The notes: a model not told the origin generated them from the sequence alone. DNA of 64,000 nucleotides from Eledone cirrhosa (GCA_964016885.1 OZ024757.1:41478001-41542000), one strand, 5' to 3'. Positions 1 through 14,985 are shown, counted from the stretch's first letter. Made by a program: numbers and translations.

Positions 1-127
1 ATCTACATATAAATAACAGTAAATAACTGCCTCTGAATATTATATCTTATTATTATTATTTGTATTGTCCCCTATATGTCGGCCCTTGTGGCCAATAAAT
101 GAAATCATTATTGTTATTATTATAAAG

Positions 128-312
128 GGCGGTGGATGGGCAGTATCAGTAGAGGGTCGGACGCCATGTTTTCCAGCATAGTTACGTCCCTTTACGATCT
201 GAGTTCAAATCCCGCCGAGGTTAACTTTGTCTTTCATCCTTACGGGGTCGATAAAATAAAGTACCAGTAATGCACTGGGTAATTGCTGGCCTTGTGCCTA
301 AAGTAGAAACAA
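128..312 (+). mobile_element. tRNA-derived SINE, family S1 (central domain resembles the MetaSINE core)
   Basis: A-box-like TGGATGGGCAGTATCAGTAG and B-box GAGTTCAAATCCC, core CTTTCATCCTTACGGGGTCGATAAAATAAAGTACC, (ATT)n tail; the sequence recurs at ~340, 21838, 25975, 39418, 39597 and 45273. Confidence 0.85.
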
Positions 313-339
313 TTATTATTATTAATATTATTATTATTG

Positions 340-468
340 AGGTCAGTGGATTGGCAGTAGAATCGGTAGAGCATCAGACAACAGGCTTTGTAGCATAGAA
401 CTATGGCCCTTTATGGTCTGAGTTCCCACCAAAGATAACTTTGTCTTGTCATCCTTACGGGGTTGATA
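340..468 (+). mobile_element. SINE S1, 3'-truncated tandem copy
   Basis: Diverged match to 128-250. Confidence 0.75.
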
Positions 469-1156
469 TGAGAGGGATTTAATAAAATGAAATAAAATAA
501 AATAAAATTTAATAAAATAAAATATAGTTTAATGTGGTGGTGGTTGTGGCGGTTGTGGTTGTCATGGTGGTGGTGATGATAGTGGAGGTGGTGGTGGAGG
601 TAGTAGTGGTGATGGTGGGGAATGTGATGGTGATGATGGCGGTGGTGATGGTGATGGTGGCGATGGTGGTGGTGGTGGAGATGGTTGCGAGTGACAGAAT
701 ACAGTTGAGAAATTTTTGAAAAGATGCAATTTCCTGGCTTGCAATTCTCTTCATCACGCTAGAAATTATTACTTATTCTGAAGATTTCCTCATCAAAAGA
801 TTGATTTTAAAAAAGTTGTTTTAATACTTCAGGCCTTTTGAATTTAATTAAATGTCTATTTTCTATAAGTAATGAATGACATAATAGAATATATTTCACC
901 TTGGGAAAATATAACATTTCGACAAAAAAAAAAAAAAAAATCATTTTAATTTTGTCAAACAACTCCGCAACTAGCTCAGGTAAATAAAATTAATTATCTT
1001 CCCTCTTATTTCATATTTCATGAGATTCAGAAAGAATAGGATGAGAAATTTTACTACTATGAATTCAATTATCTAAATAATTTTCCTTTTAAAATAACAC
1101 TAAATATGTATTTTAAGTGTTTATGTACAAAATAATTAGCTCTTAGACTTTTCCTT

Positions 1157-1591
1157 AACATATTTCTAATGTAAGACACTACCTATGTCAGTAACCCTTT
1201 CATTACCATATTTCTAATGAAAGACACCGTCTATGTCATTAATCCTTTCATTACCATATTTCTAATGAAAGACACTGTCTATGTCATTAATCCTTTCATT
1301 ACCATATTTCTAATGAAAGACACTGTCTGTGTCAGTAACCCTTTCATTACCATATTTCTCATGAAAGATACTGTATATGTCATTAACACTTTCATTACCA
1401 TATTTCTAATGGAAGACACTGTCTATGTCATTAATCCTTTCATTACCTTATTTCTAATGAAAGACACTGTCTATGTCAATAACCCTTTCATTACCATATT
1501 TCTAATGAAAGACACTGTCTATGTCATTAATCCTTTCATTAACATATTTCTAATGAAAGACACTGTCTATGTCATTAACACTTTCATTAAC
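1157..1591. repeat. 48-bp minisatellite, ~9 units
   Basis: Unit ATGAAAGACACTGTCTATGTCATTAATCCTTTCATTACCATATTTCTA; produces the repeated 16-aa ORF at 1217-1618. Confidence 0.95.
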
Positions 1592-2185
1592 CTGATAAAT
1601 ATGAACACTTTAAAATAAACATTTTCATTTTGTAGAATATTTCGAGACATTCCAATTATGAAACTTTGAAGCTATGTTGTCAACTTCTGAAAATATATAT
1701 ATTGTTTTTCTGAATGTATTGTATTAGGAATATTTTGTGTTTTGCCAGTAGCATCTGTTGAGAATCTAGCAGAACACTAAAGCACAAGAACTTCCTCTGA
1801 ATGATAAGGATCGAAACTTGAATGAAGTATCCATATTTGATTGAAGAGTGAACTTGTAAAGGGAACTAACTTCATGAAAAAATTATTTCATTTAACAAAA
1901 AAAACAAAAAATTAAAAATTAAAAAAAAATATTAAAACCTGAATTGTTTTATAATAATTCTTAATTTTGGGTTGTTGAACAATTCAGATGAAATTGTAAT
2001 GGTGTGCTTAATTTAATTAATCGGACAGATGTTTTCATTTCTTCTGATTCTCAAAATACTATACAGTTGCTGCTCAAAATTCTTTGTCCATGGGAAATTT
2101 CCCTAAAGGAAATTAGTTCTTTAAGCTCCAGCATAGAGACAACACTTTGTGGATTGCTGTGGGCATGCCTTCAGGGTTAGGAAAC

Positions 2186-2258
2186 AGTACAGCTCCCATG
2201 ACTTTCGGAAATATTTTTTCACGCCAGAGTTGCTGAAGCATGGAACAAACTACCCAAT
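2186..2258 (+). mobile_element. Short CR1/L2-like LINE fragment
   Basis: ACAGCTCCCATGA...CAGAGTTGCTGAAGCATGGAACAAACTACC matches 16819-16885. Confidence 0.65.
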
Positions 2259-2261
2259 GTA

Positions 2262-3021
2262 GTGGTGATGGTAATGATGATGGTGGTAATAATAATGATG
2301 ATGATGTCAATAATGGGGATGATGATGATGGTGATGACGATAATGATGATGATAAGGATAATGATGATGGTGATGGTGATGACAATAATAATAATGGTGA
2401 TGGTGATGATGGTGATGACAATAATGATGATGGTGATGATGACAATAATGATGATGATGGTGATGACAATAATGATGATGGTGATGACAATAATGATGAT
2501 GATGATGGTGACAATAATAATAATGGTGATGATGATGATGGTGATGACAATAATGATGAAGATGATAATGGTGATGGTGATGACAATAATGATGATGGTG
2601 ATGACAATAATGATGATGATGGTGATGACAATAATAATAATGGTGATGATGATGGTGATGACAATAATAATAATGGTGATGGTGATGATGGTGATGACAA
2701 TAATGATGATCATGATGATGATAATGATGATGACAATAATGATGATGATGATGGTGACAATAATAATAATGGTGATGATGATGATGGTGATGACAATAAT
2801 GATGAAGATGATAATGGTGATGGTGATGACAATAATGATGATGATGACAATAATGATGATGGTGATGACAATAATGATGATGATGGTGATGACAATAATA
2901 ATAATGGTGATGATGATGGTGATGACAATAATAATAATGGTGATGGTGATGATGGTGATGACAATAATGATGATCATGATGATGATAATGATGGTGATGA
3001 CAATAATGATGATGATGATGA
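2262..3021. repeat. Compound trinucleotide repeat (GAT/GGT/GAC/AAT)n
   Basis: Visible periodicity with higher-order duplication. Confidence 0.95.
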
Positions 3022-3835
3022 TTAGAAAAATAAAGTCCAAACCTGAATGTCAATATAAAATCAATTTTAAAAAATCAAAAATCAAACAAAACAAAACATA
3101 AATCTAATATTGTAAGGAAAATAACTGTGTGATAATGGAAATAAAAATTTGGTGGAATGTGTAGGTGTGGGTGGGTGGGGAGGGGTCTGGTGGTGGTGGT
3201 GTAGGTGGGTCTGGTGGTGGTGTGGGTGGTCTGGTGCTGGTGGGCCTGGTGATGGTGTGGGTGTATGAGGACGGTGATGTGGGTGTATGATGACAGTGAT
3301 GTTTGAAACTCCTACACAATATCTATTAGTAACTGAAGGAAGCAGTACAGTCATTATAATGTGTTCACCTTCTTCAACTTCAGGTTAAGAAATAAACAAA
3401 ATTGTCATAATTTGTGACAGATTTCTTAATGTTTTTTGTTTGTTTGGAGGGTTTTTTTTTTATATTTTCGTTTTGGTTTTGTTGTTGTTGTTGTTTTCCT
3501 CCTTATTCTAATTATTATTACTCTTAATAATAATAATATTATCATCATATCTATTATTATTATTATTGTTGTTGTTGTTATTATTATAATCATTGTCGTC
3601 GTTGTTCTTCTTATTATTATTATTATTATTGTTATTATTATTATTTTACAAAAAAACTACAATATAACAAAAATGATTGCTAAACATTTTGACTGACAAA
3701 AACACTTGATTAAAATATAATCAATTATTGGTCAAATTGTTTTATTTTATTTATTTTATTCATTTATTTTCATAAACCTTTTGTTAATTATCTTGTGTCC
3801 TTTGTAAAACATTGGCTGGATGTGGCCCCATGGTC

Positions 3836-4256
3836 CCAGTGGAGTGTAGTAGTGGTCAGTGGAGTGGATTAGTGGTCAGTGGAGTGTAGTAATGGTCAGT
3901 GGAGTGGATTAGTGGTAGGTGGAGTGTAGTAGTGGTTAGTGGAGTTAGTCAGTGGAGTGGATTAGTGGTCAGTGGAGTGTAGTGTTGGTCAGTGTAGTAG
4001 TTGGTCAGTGGAATGGAGTGTTGGTCAGTGGAGTGGAGTGTTGGTCAGTGGAGCGGTGTTGGTCAGTGGAGTGGAGTGTTGGTCAGTGGAGTGGAGTGTT
4101 GGTCACTATAGTATAGCAATGGTCACTATAGTGTAGTATTGGTCAGTGGAGTGTTGGTCAATGAAGTGTAGTATGGTCACTGTAATATAGTTGTGGTCAC
4201 TATAGTGTAGTAATGGTCAATGGAGAGTAGTAGTGGTCAATGAAGTGAGCAAGTGG
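3836..4256. repeat. ~20-bp minisatellite
   Basis: Units like AGTGGTCAGTGGAGTGTAGT. Confidence 0.9.
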
Positions 4257-4509
4257 TCTCTAATTGTGGGAGAGATGTGCTGAAAGACCCAATACATCTC
4301 ACAGGACTTGTTCTTGTGGATGGCCATAAGGTGACAATGTCCTCAAGGTCTTAACTCCCTGGATATATATATATATGCAGAGGTTATATTTAATTTGTTG
4401 GGATACAACAAGCAAAATATTTTTATAACTGATATAAAGCACTCAACAAATTATTGGAGTAAATATACAATATATTAACAAATGGAAATTATATTTATAA
4501 AACCATATT

Positions 4510-4575
4510 TATTTCATTATACATATTTCAAGGGCCACCAGAGCAAACTATGGTGCGCTTTCATCAGATAAAATA
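4510..4575 (-). ncRNA. Minimal type-I hammerhead ribozyme motif (family H1)
   Basis: Minus strand TATTTTAT-CTGATGA-[AAGCGCACCA..TGGTGGCCCTT]-GAAA-TATGTA-TA-ATGAAATA: core boxes, helix I, helix II and near-palindromic helix III are all present. Confidence 0.7.
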
Positions 4576-4627
4576 CAAAGTTTGTTTTATAAATAGATAT
4601 TGACATACCCTTAAAAAAATATATATA

Positions 4628-4782
4628 TATATTTGAAAAAAAGGAAAAGAATGACTTCACTTGTAGTGTTAAAAAATTTATGATTTAATGTTATAATATA
4701 ATATTATTATAATATATTATAACATTAAATCATAAATGTTTTAACACAAGTGAAGTCATTCTTTTCCTTTTTTTCAAATATA
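4628..4782. repeat. Near-perfect ~155-bp palindrome (foldback)
   Basis: TATATTTGAAAAAAAGGAAAAGAATGACTTCACTTG... mirrored by ...CAAGTGAAGTCATTCTTTTCCTTTTTTTCAAATATA around an AT-only centre. Confidence 0.9.
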
Positions 4783-4811
4783 CCTAACTGTACCAAGGTT
4801 CTCACACATTT

Positions 4812-4853
<42 letters not shown>

Positions 4854-5459
4854 ATATAAATCAACAAAGAAGCCTTTAATACATTAAAAATTAATTTCGG
4901 CTCTGTTTGATAACATTGAGCTATCTATTGTACTGTCATTTCTCTAATGCGACGAGTGTGTTTGACTCTAATGCACTCAAGTGTTTTTATCTTATATATA
5001 TATATAGGAAAAGCGGACGTAAAATGATGATGATATATATATATATATATAGCAAATTTTTTGTCATACCCCATGAATTTCATTATAACGAAATTTCACT
5101 ATATTTCATTCTATATAAAACTGTGAATTTTGCTCATTTTGTGTATATTTCCTTATTTTTATGTATATTTTATAGGTTTTTTTTGTGTGTGTTTGTTCAT
5201 TTGGGTTTTTTGCTTCTCCTGTATATTTTATTCTCTATAAAGTTGTGTATTGCATGTTATTTACGATATATATATGATTAACTTAATAAGAACCAGTAAC
5301 TTCAATATTGATTCATTTCAGCTACACATCAGAAACTTTAAACACAAAATATTTGTTAATGAAACAATACAAAAACAAAAACATAATTAATAATCCTTTT
5401 TTTTTTTTCTTTTGAAAATTTTATTAAATTTACTTTGACGTGTTTCGAGTTGTTCCAAG

Positions 5460-5567
5460 TCGTTCCTGCTAACTTAGAACTTACCAAAGTAAAAACCACA
5501 AAGGACATTTTAAATGTTAATTATGGAGTAAATGTTGATGTTAGCAGAAAAGCTAAGGATGCGGCCG
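5460..5567 (+). CDS. Candidate internal coding exon (phase 1-1, 108 nt) of an unidentified gene
   Basis: T-rich tract and TTCCAAG acceptor; non-repetitive open frame VPANLELTKVKTTKDILNVNYGVNVDVSRKAKDAA; consensus donor CG|GTGAGT. Confidence 0.55.
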
Positions 5568-5629
5568 GTGAGTTGGGAGCAGGCGGCTTTACAGGGGGTG
5601 GGGTGGGAGATGGGGTGAAGTGGATGAAG

Positions 5630-6650
5630 TGGTGGTGGTGGTGGTGCTGACGAGGTGAGGTGGTTGGAGTGGTGGTGGTGGTGGTGGTGGTGCTGACGAG
5701 GTGAGGTGGTTGGAGTGGTGGTGATGGTAGTGGTGAAGTGAGGTGGTTGGAGTGGTGGTGACGGTGAGGCGGTTGCCGTGGTGGTGGTGATGGCGAGGTG
5801 AGGTGGTTGGAGTGGTGGTGGTGGTGGTGCTGACGAGGTGAGGTGGTTGGAGTGGTGGTGAAGTGAGGTGGTTGGAGTGGTGGTGAAGTGAGGTGGTTGC
5901 CGTGGTGGTGGTGATGGCGAGGTGAGGTGGTTGGAGTGGTGGTGGTGGTGGTGCTGACGAGGTGAGGTGGTTGGAGTGGTGGTGATGGTAGTGGTGAAGT
6001 GAGGTGGTTGGAGTGGTGGTGAAGTGAGGCGGTTGCCGTGGTGGTGGTGATGGCGAGGTGAGGTGGTTGGAGTGGTGGTGGTGCTGACGAGGTGAGGTGG
6101 TTGGAGTGGTGATGATGGTAGTGGTGAAGTGAGGTGGTTGGAGTGGTGGTGAAGTGAGGTGGTTGCCGTGGTGGTGGTGATGGCGAGGTGAGGTGGTTGG
6201 AGTGGTGGTGGTGGTGGTGCTGACGAGGTGAGGTGGTTTGAGTGGTGGCGGTGGTGGTGGTGAATTGAAGTGGTTGGAGTGGTGGTGAAGTGAGGTGGTT
6301 GCCGTGGTGGTGGTGGTGATGGCGAGGTGAGTCGGTTTGAGTGGTGGCGGTGGTGGTGGTGAATTGAGGTGGTTGGAGTGGTGGTGAAGTGAGGTGGTTG
6401 CCGTGGTGGTGGTGGTGATGGCGAGGTGAGTCGGTTTGAGTGGTGGTGGTGAAGTGAGGTGGTTTGAGTGGTGTGGTGGTGAAGTGAGGTGGTTTGAGTG
6501 GTGATGGGGAGGTGAGTTGGTTTGAGTGGTGGTGGTGGTGGTGGTGAATTGAGGTGGCTGAAGTGGTGGTGGTGGTGATGGCGAGGCGAGGTGGTTTGAG
6601 CAGTAGTGCTGCTGATGGTGAGGTGGTTGCAGTGATGGTGGTGGTGGGTA
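5630..6650. repeat. GGT-rich minisatellite
   Basis: Recurrent GAGGTGAGGTGGTTGGAGTGGTGGT units. Confidence 0.9.
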
Positions 6651-6976
6651 ACGAAATGAAAATTAATTCAGAGTTAAAAGTTACAGTCAGTGTTTACATG
6701 AGTATCCAGGGAGTTATTAAACATTTGACGTCAATGGAGGGGTCTACTGGTAGAGTGAAGAGGGGAGGAATAGGCCTGAGGAGGGGGGGGGGTTGCAGGG
6801 GATAAATAGCTTTTCAAATTTTATGGTAATGGATAGAGGATTAAGATAAGATAAAATGTTAACACATCAAAGCGGACATTAAGCTAATAATGTGTTTGTT
6901 AATAACCGATTCTAATCAGAGAGAAATATGGAATAGGAATGTTTATATATATATACACGCACATGCAAACATGTAA

Positions 6977-7010
<34 letters not shown>

Positions 7011-7049
7011 GCAAGCATGGAAAAATGGACATAAAATCGATGATGAGCA

Positions 7050-7544
7050 TAATATATATAAATATATGTATGTATATATATATATCTATATATGTATATA
7101 AATATATGTATGTATATATATATATATATCTATATATGTATACATATATATGTATGTATATATATATGTGTATGTATATATATATAAATATATGTATGTA
7201 TATATATATGTGTATGTATATATATATAAATATATGTATGTATATATATATCTATATATGTATACATATATATGTATACATATATATGTATATATATATG
7301 TGTATGTATATATATATATATATATAATTATATGTATGTATATATATATCTATATATGTATACATATATATGTATGTATGTATATATATATGTGTATGTA
7401 TGTATATATATGTGTATGTATGTATATATATATATATATATATATAAATATATGTATGTATATATATAAATATATGTATGTATATATATATCTATATATG
7501 TATGTATATATATATATGTGTGTATGTATATATATGAGTTGTAT

Positions 7545-7575
<31 letters not shown>

Positions 7576-7648
7576 CATATATATGTATGTATATATATAT
7601 ATATGTGTATGTATGTATATATATATGTGTATGTATATATATGTGTAT

Positions 7649-7694
<46 letters not shown>
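7050..7694. repeat. (TA)n/(TATG)n microsatellite field
   Basis: Direct observation; similar fields lie at 9030-9630, 29135-29650, 30780-31270, 32810-34900, 49610-50000, 55195-56250 and 63175-64000. Confidence 0.95.
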
Positions 7695-7697
<3 letters not shown>

Positions 7698-7899
7698 AAA
7701 CTAAAACAGTTTAATAGGAAGCAAAAAGGACGAAACAGCAAAAAATAAGAGAACGAAACAAAAAAAATATAACAACCAATCAAAATAGCATTTGACATTA
7801 GCTGCGGAGATCAGAAGACTTGGCTTCACACAATTAACTTTCTCCTTTAAATTTCAGCTTTAATGGAGTTTCTCCCGGAACACAGATATATTTCTATAT

Positions 7900-8108
7900 T
7901 GATAGACATGTATTGGTGCTGTGCTGAAATACACCATGTACACTCTGTAAAGTGGTCATTATTAGGAAGCACATCCAGTCATAACTGACGTAGATTGACA
8001 TGTGTTGGTGCTGTGATGAATTGCGCCATATACACTCTGTAAAGTGTTCAGTATTAGGAAGAACATCCAGTCATAACTGATGTAGATTGACATGTGTTGG
8101 TGCTGTGA
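7900..8108. repeat. ~91-bp tandem repeat related to the RTE-A 3'UTR, running into the gap
   Basis: Repeated ACACTCTGTAAAGTG...ATTAGGAAG..CATCCAGTCATAACTGA. Confidence 0.75.
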
Positions 8109-8308
8109 NNNNNNNNNNNNNNNNNNNNNNNNNNNNNNNNNNNNNNNNNNNNNNNNNNNNNNNNNNNNNNNNNNNNNNNNNNNNNNNNNNNNNNNNNNNN
8201 NNNNNNNNNNNNNNNNNNNNNNNNNNNNNNNNNNNNNNNNNNNNNNNNNNNNNNNNNNNNNNNNNNNNNNNNNNNNNNNNNNNNNNNNNNNNNNNNNNNN
8301 NNNNNNNN
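8109..8308. other. Assembly gap (200 N)
   Basis: Run of exactly 200 N, probably a fixed-size scaffolding placeholder. Confidence 0.99.
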
Positions 8309-8374
8309 GTATAGAAAAATATAAACATATGTAATCCAGTCTTAGTGCTACTGCTAATTATATATGTATATATA

Positions 8375-8425
<51 letters not shown>

Positions 8426-8950
8426 AAATTACGTTTAATTCTTCGGGAGATATAGAGATTTTGAAATGTAAAAAAATAAACTAGATTTGAGTTAGAAACG
8501 AATTTAGTTTTGTTTTGTTTTTGTTTTCGTAAAAGTTTATATTAAAATTGTAGATGTCTAAATTTTCATAAAATTTCAAAATATTTATCAGGTTTTTAAT
8601 TCTTCACTTAAAAGTGAAAGAGATTCCCAAACTTGGATAATGGAAGATTTCTTTAATATTGATTTCTCGTAAAAGAAAAAATAATGGAATATAAGTTTGT
8701 GGAAAAACAAAACAGAAAGCAGAGCAGAAAATTGTATCATCATCATCATCATCTTCATCTTCATCATCATCATTATCATCTCGTCATCATCTTCATCATC
8801 ATCATCTTCATTATCATCTTCATCATTATCAACATCATCGTCATCACCATCGTTTTTACATTGTTTTACCATGCTCACATGGGGTTTATACATATATATA
8901 TATGTATATGTATGTATATGTATGTATGTTTATATATATATAGGTACATG

Positions 8951-8987
<37 letters not shown>

Positions 8988-9070
8988 TCATCATCATCAT
9001 ACGTCCGCTTTTCCCTGCTTGCCAGGGTGGATACATATATATATATACATATACATATATATATATATAC

Positions 9071-9158
<88 letters not shown>

Positions 9159-9194
9159 ATATATACATATACATATATATATATATACATATAC

Positions 9195-9289
<95 letters not shown>

Positions 9290-9296
9290 CATATAC

Positions 9297-9362
<66 letters not shown>

Positions 9363-9389
9363 TACATATACATATATATATATATATAC

Positions 9390-9422
<33 letters not shown>

Positions 9423-9472
9423 ATATATACATATACATATACATATATATATATATATACATATATATATAC

Positions 9473-9555
<83 letters not shown>

Positions 9556-9578
9556 CATATATATATATATACATATAC

Positions 9579-9631
<53 letters not shown>

Positions 9632-9719
9632 CATGAATGTAAAATGCATTTGGATTGAAATGATTAAAAGTAAAATACTTTATCTCTAAAGAGAGAAACA
9701 AAGGGAAAGAAAGAGATAG

Positions 9720-9735
9720 ATAGGTAGGTAGATAG

Positions 9736-9766
<31 letters not shown>

Positions 9767-10325
9767 CATGTGTATATAAATGTAGGTAGATAGATATGTG
9801 TGTGTGTGTGTGCACATGTGTATATAAATGTAGGTAGATAGATGTGTGTGTGTGTGCACATGTGTATATAAATGTAGGTATATAGATATGTGTGTGTGCA
9901 CGTGTATATAAATGTAGGTAGATAGATGTGTGTGTCTGTGTGTGTGCACATGTGTATATAAATGTAGGTATATAGATACATGTGTGTGCACATGTGTATA
10001 TAAATGTAGGTATATATATGTGTGTGTGTGTGTGCACATGTGTATATAAATGTAGGTATATATATATGTGTGTGTATGTGTGTGTGCACATGTGTATATA
10101 AATGTAGGTATATAGATATGTGTGTGTGTGCATATGTGTATATAAATGTAGGTATATATATATGTGTGTGTATGTGTGTGTGCACATGTGTATATAAATG
10201 TAGGTAGATAGATATGTGTGTGTGTGTGCACATGTGTATATAAATGTAGGTATATATATATGTGTGTGTGTGTATGTGTGTGTGCACATGTGTATATAAA
10301 TGTAGGTATATAGATATGTGTGTGT
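9720..10325. repeat. ~40-48-bp minisatellite with variable (TG)n
   Basis: Repeated GTGCACATGTGTATATAAATGTAGGTA core. Confidence 0.9.
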
Positions 10326-10939
10326 ATTGTCTCAAAAGGTCTCTACTTTGGTAAAAAAGAAGGAAATTGGTAAATAAATAAATGCATTTTTTAAGTGCAT
10401 AGTTCAATCTTTGAAAGCTGAAAATAGACAAAACAAAATATATATGTGTATATATGTGTGTGCGTGTCTATGCATATATATATATGTGTGTGTGTGTATA
10501 TATATATTTTTATATATATATATATTATAAAAAAGAAGAAACACTTTTACATATACATCCTCTGTTTATAATATTATCCTGTAAATATATATATATATAT
10601 ATATATATGTCTGTGTGTATATGTAAATCCCTTACATCAAAATTTACATTTTTCTTTCTATATCTAATATACTATGTTAGCTATTTCTATGTTAGCATAT
10701 TTGAATATGACAGTGAATTATATTCTTATTTGTATTATGTCAGAGCGATTAATTTGAGCATCTATCAAATATATATATGTATATATGATGATGATGATAT
10801 GTATATATATATACATATCCATAAAAGTAAGGATTTCAAGGTAAAGTACTAGCAAATAGTTCATGGTCTTGTTATTTGAACCCAAGTCATTTCTGATTAA
10901 ATAAAGCTATGCTCAAGGCAGTTCTGGATTTAACCTTTT

Positions 10940-12216
10940 ACCATTTACATTACTCTATATATACTATTGTATTTTCACAGTAAAGGCTTTACCTCACATA
11001 ATACCTCACATAACATTTACATTACTCTATATATACTATTGTATTTTCACAGTAAAGGTTTTACCTCACATAACATTTACATTACTCTATATATACTATT
11101 GTATTTTCACAGTAAAGGTTTTACCTCACATAACATTTACATTACTCTATATATACTATTGTATTTTCACAGTAAAGGCTTTACTTCACATAATACCTCA
11201 TATAACATTTACATTACTCTATATATCCTATTGTATTTTCACAGTAAAGGCTTTACCTCACATAATACCTCACATAACATTTACATTACTCTATATTTAC
11301 TATTGTATTTTCACAGTGAAGGCTTTACCTCACATAACATTTACATTACTCTATATATACTATTGTATTTTCACAGTAAAGGCTTTACCTCACATAATAC
11401 CTCACATAACATTTACATTACTTTATATATACTATAGTATTTTCACAGTTAAAGCTTTACCTCACATAACATTTACATTACTCTATATTTACTATTGTAT
11501 TTTCACAGTAAAGGCTTTACCTCACATAATACCTCACATAACATTTACATTACTCTATATTTACTATTGTATTTTCACAGTAAAGGCTTTACCTCACATA
11601 ATATCTCACATAACATTTACATTACTCTATATTTACTATTGTATTTTCACAGTAAAGGCTTTACCTCACATAATATCTCACATAACATTTACATTACTCT
11701 CTATTTACTATTATATTTTCATGGTAAAGGCTTTATTTCCCATAATTATCTCACATAACATTTACATTACTCTATATTTACTATTGTATTTTAATAGTAA
11801 AGGCTTTACCTCACATAACATTTACATTACTCTATATATACTATTGTATTTTCACAGTAAAGGCTTTACCTCACATAACATTTACATTACTCTATATATA
11901 CTATTGTATTTTCACAGTAAAGGCTTTACCTCACATAACATTTACATTACTCTATATATACTATAGTATTTTCACAGCAGAGGCTTTACCTCACATAATA
12001 TCTCACATAACATTTACATTACTCTATATATACTATTGTATTTTCATGGTAAAGGCTTTACCTCACATAATATCTCACATAACATTTACATTACTCTATA
12101 TTTACTATTGTATTTTCATGGTAAAGGCTTTACCTCACATAATACCTCACATAACATTTACATTACTCTATATATACTATTGTATTTTCATGGTAAAGGC
12201 TTTACCTCACATAATA
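10940..12216. repeat. 60/72-bp minisatellite, ~19 units
   Basis: 60-bp unit plus a variant with a 12-bp internal duplication (ATACCTCACATA). Confidence 0.95.
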
Positions 12217-13792
12217 TTGATCACTTGATCATTCCATGAGAGTATCTTGGTCAGCCTATGAGTTTTCAGCCAAACCCCGAAGATAGCTAAATAGATACAT
12301 TCATATGGTGATGTATATAGCATATATTATATACATGATACCTACATACATATATACATTGATGTAGATATATATGTATATAGTATATATTATATATATA
12401 CTATATACATACATATATACATTGATGTAGATATGTATGTAGTATATATTATATATATACTATATACATACATTCATGTAGATATGTATGTATATAGTAT
12501 ATGTTGTATATGTACGTACTATATATTATATACATAATAATTACGCATTGGTGCATGTATGTATGTAAAATATTTTATATATACAAACAGACATACATTG
12601 ATATATATATATGTTGTTTGTATTATATATATATAATACACACATTGTTGAATGTATATATGTATGTAGTATATATATATATATATATATATATACATTG
12701 GTGTACGTATGTATTGTATATTATTATATACATAATTTCTGAAATATAATAAATGAGGTCATTGTTTAATAAAGCATGCAAACAGTTTTAGTAGATGAAG
12801 AAATTGATAAAACGACAAATAATTTCTGTGAATCTCCGTTCAAGTGTAAACAGCAAAACAACAAAACTAAACAGCACAGACATACCAAATATAAATAAGT
12901 AACAGCAACGACAACAACAACTAAAAAAAGATAACTAAACATTTCAGACAGAATTGGATAATTATTTAAATCTATTTTAAAAATGTTTAAATAAATGGAT
13001 AGATTGGAAAAATTATATTTATTTAATGATTGATTTATTTTTTTCGACCAGTTAATTTAGTTTCTTTCTTTGTGGAAACATACAATAGAATAAATAAATA
13101 AATAAATAGATAGAATATAAATATATATATGTGTATATATATATATAGGTGTGTGTGTGTTTGTCTGTCAAAATTAAATCGAAATAAGAACATCCGGATT
13201 TTCCAAATGTATGTATACATACACGTATATATATATATATACATATATACCATTAAGTAATTTACATATATATATATATATCATCATCATCATCGTTTAA
13301 CGTTCATCTTCCACGCTAGCATGGGTTAGACAGTATATATATATACTATTAAGTAATATATATATATATAAACACATATATAAGTATATATATATACACA
13401 CACAAATATGTATATATATATAAGTAATATATATATAAATATATATACATACATACATTCACATATATACACACATACATACACATATACACACACCCAC
13501 ACACACACATATATATATATATAGTTGATGGATTAATTTTCCATGAACTTGATAAACTACAAATCAAAACAATGAAGCAAAAAAATATTGTAAGAGTGAA
13601 CAAGAATGTCTAAAATACCAATTTCCTGTCATTGCTATCAGATTTAATGACTTTATATAGGGAGACATCGCAAATGTAGTGAATTGGTTAAACCGATAGA
13701 AAGTCACATAGATATGCTTTGTGGTATAGTTTTCTCTGTCTGTTCTGTGTTCAAATCTTGCCATAGTCAACTTTACTGTTCTGTCTTTTGAT

Positions 13793-13960
13793 CATCATCA
13801 TCATCATCATCCACTTTTTGATTATCCAGGACCCAGCAAGTAGAGGTGGGTCCGATCTGACAGTGCTCCTTGTATCCCGCTCCATGTGTTTCTGTCCACC
13901 GGTCTCACTTGGGCCAGGCCAAACCTAACTTGATCCCAACAGACATCCTCTTCTATAAGA
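13793..13960 (-). mobile_element. Degenerate RTE-like LINE 3' end
   Basis: (GAT)n tail on the minus strand; residual ...DRNTW...DRTH resembles the RTE C-termini at 40921 and 52775. Confidence 0.5.
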
Positions 13961-14624
13961 AATGTGTTGTTTTTTTTTTTTTTGCTTTTTATTTTATTTT
14001 TAAGAATATTTTTTGTAGCCAATTTAAAAGGACACCAAAAGAAAATTTCATATGTATGTGGGTGGAAAAGTTCATAGGATGACTATGGAGGAATGATGTT
14101 AGAGCTGTGAAATCTTGCATGACATTAATTTCAAACTCTTCTTATTAATAACTGCATTGTTTCTTTCTGAGAGCTATGCTGGAAAATAAACCTCATTTGG
14201 TCATTCCATGAGAGACTCTTGGTCATGACAATGTCATGATGATGGTGGTGGTGATGATGGTGATGATGGTGGTGGTGGTGGTGATGGTGGTGATGGTGAT
14301 GGTGATGATGGGGATGGTGATGATGATGATGAAAGGTAAAGATGAAAAGAAAGAAAAAGTGAAAGGGTTTGGTTGGTTAAAATGATAAAAGTTTTAAATA
14401 TAAATAAAATGTGGGAAATGTTACATAGATAAACCTGTAAGAGAAAAGGAAAGGAAGATGGAACAGTGTGTGGGGGGGGGATATGTGTTGGGGGAGTGGG
14501 GGAAGTAGGTGTGTTGATTAGATAAGTGGGGGGAAGGATGTTAGGCTAACGAATATGTCTAAACAAATTAATTGAAAATACTTAATCATCTTACTGTATA
14601 TATATATATGTGTGTGTGTTTATG

Positions 14625-14664
<40 letters not shown>

Positions 14665-14738
14665 TATAAACACACACACATGTATATAAACATTCTTTTC
14701 AACAATATTTTCACACAGGTAGTTAGAGGCATAAATAA

Positions 14739-14773
<35 letters not shown>

Positions 14774-14950
14774 TGTAAGTATGTATGTGTGTATATATGC
14801 AACCATATATATTTATTAAATGTGTAATATATGTAGACACATATTATCATGAACATCATCATCATCATTCAACAGACTGGTGATGATGATGATGATGATG
14901 ATGACATGAGTATATATATATACCAATTATATATATATATATATATATAC

Positions 14951-14985
<35 letters not shown>

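Noticed and set aside
128-215. tRNA gene suggested by A/B boxes
   Set aside because: No cloverleaf; these are SINE heads followed by a core domain and tail
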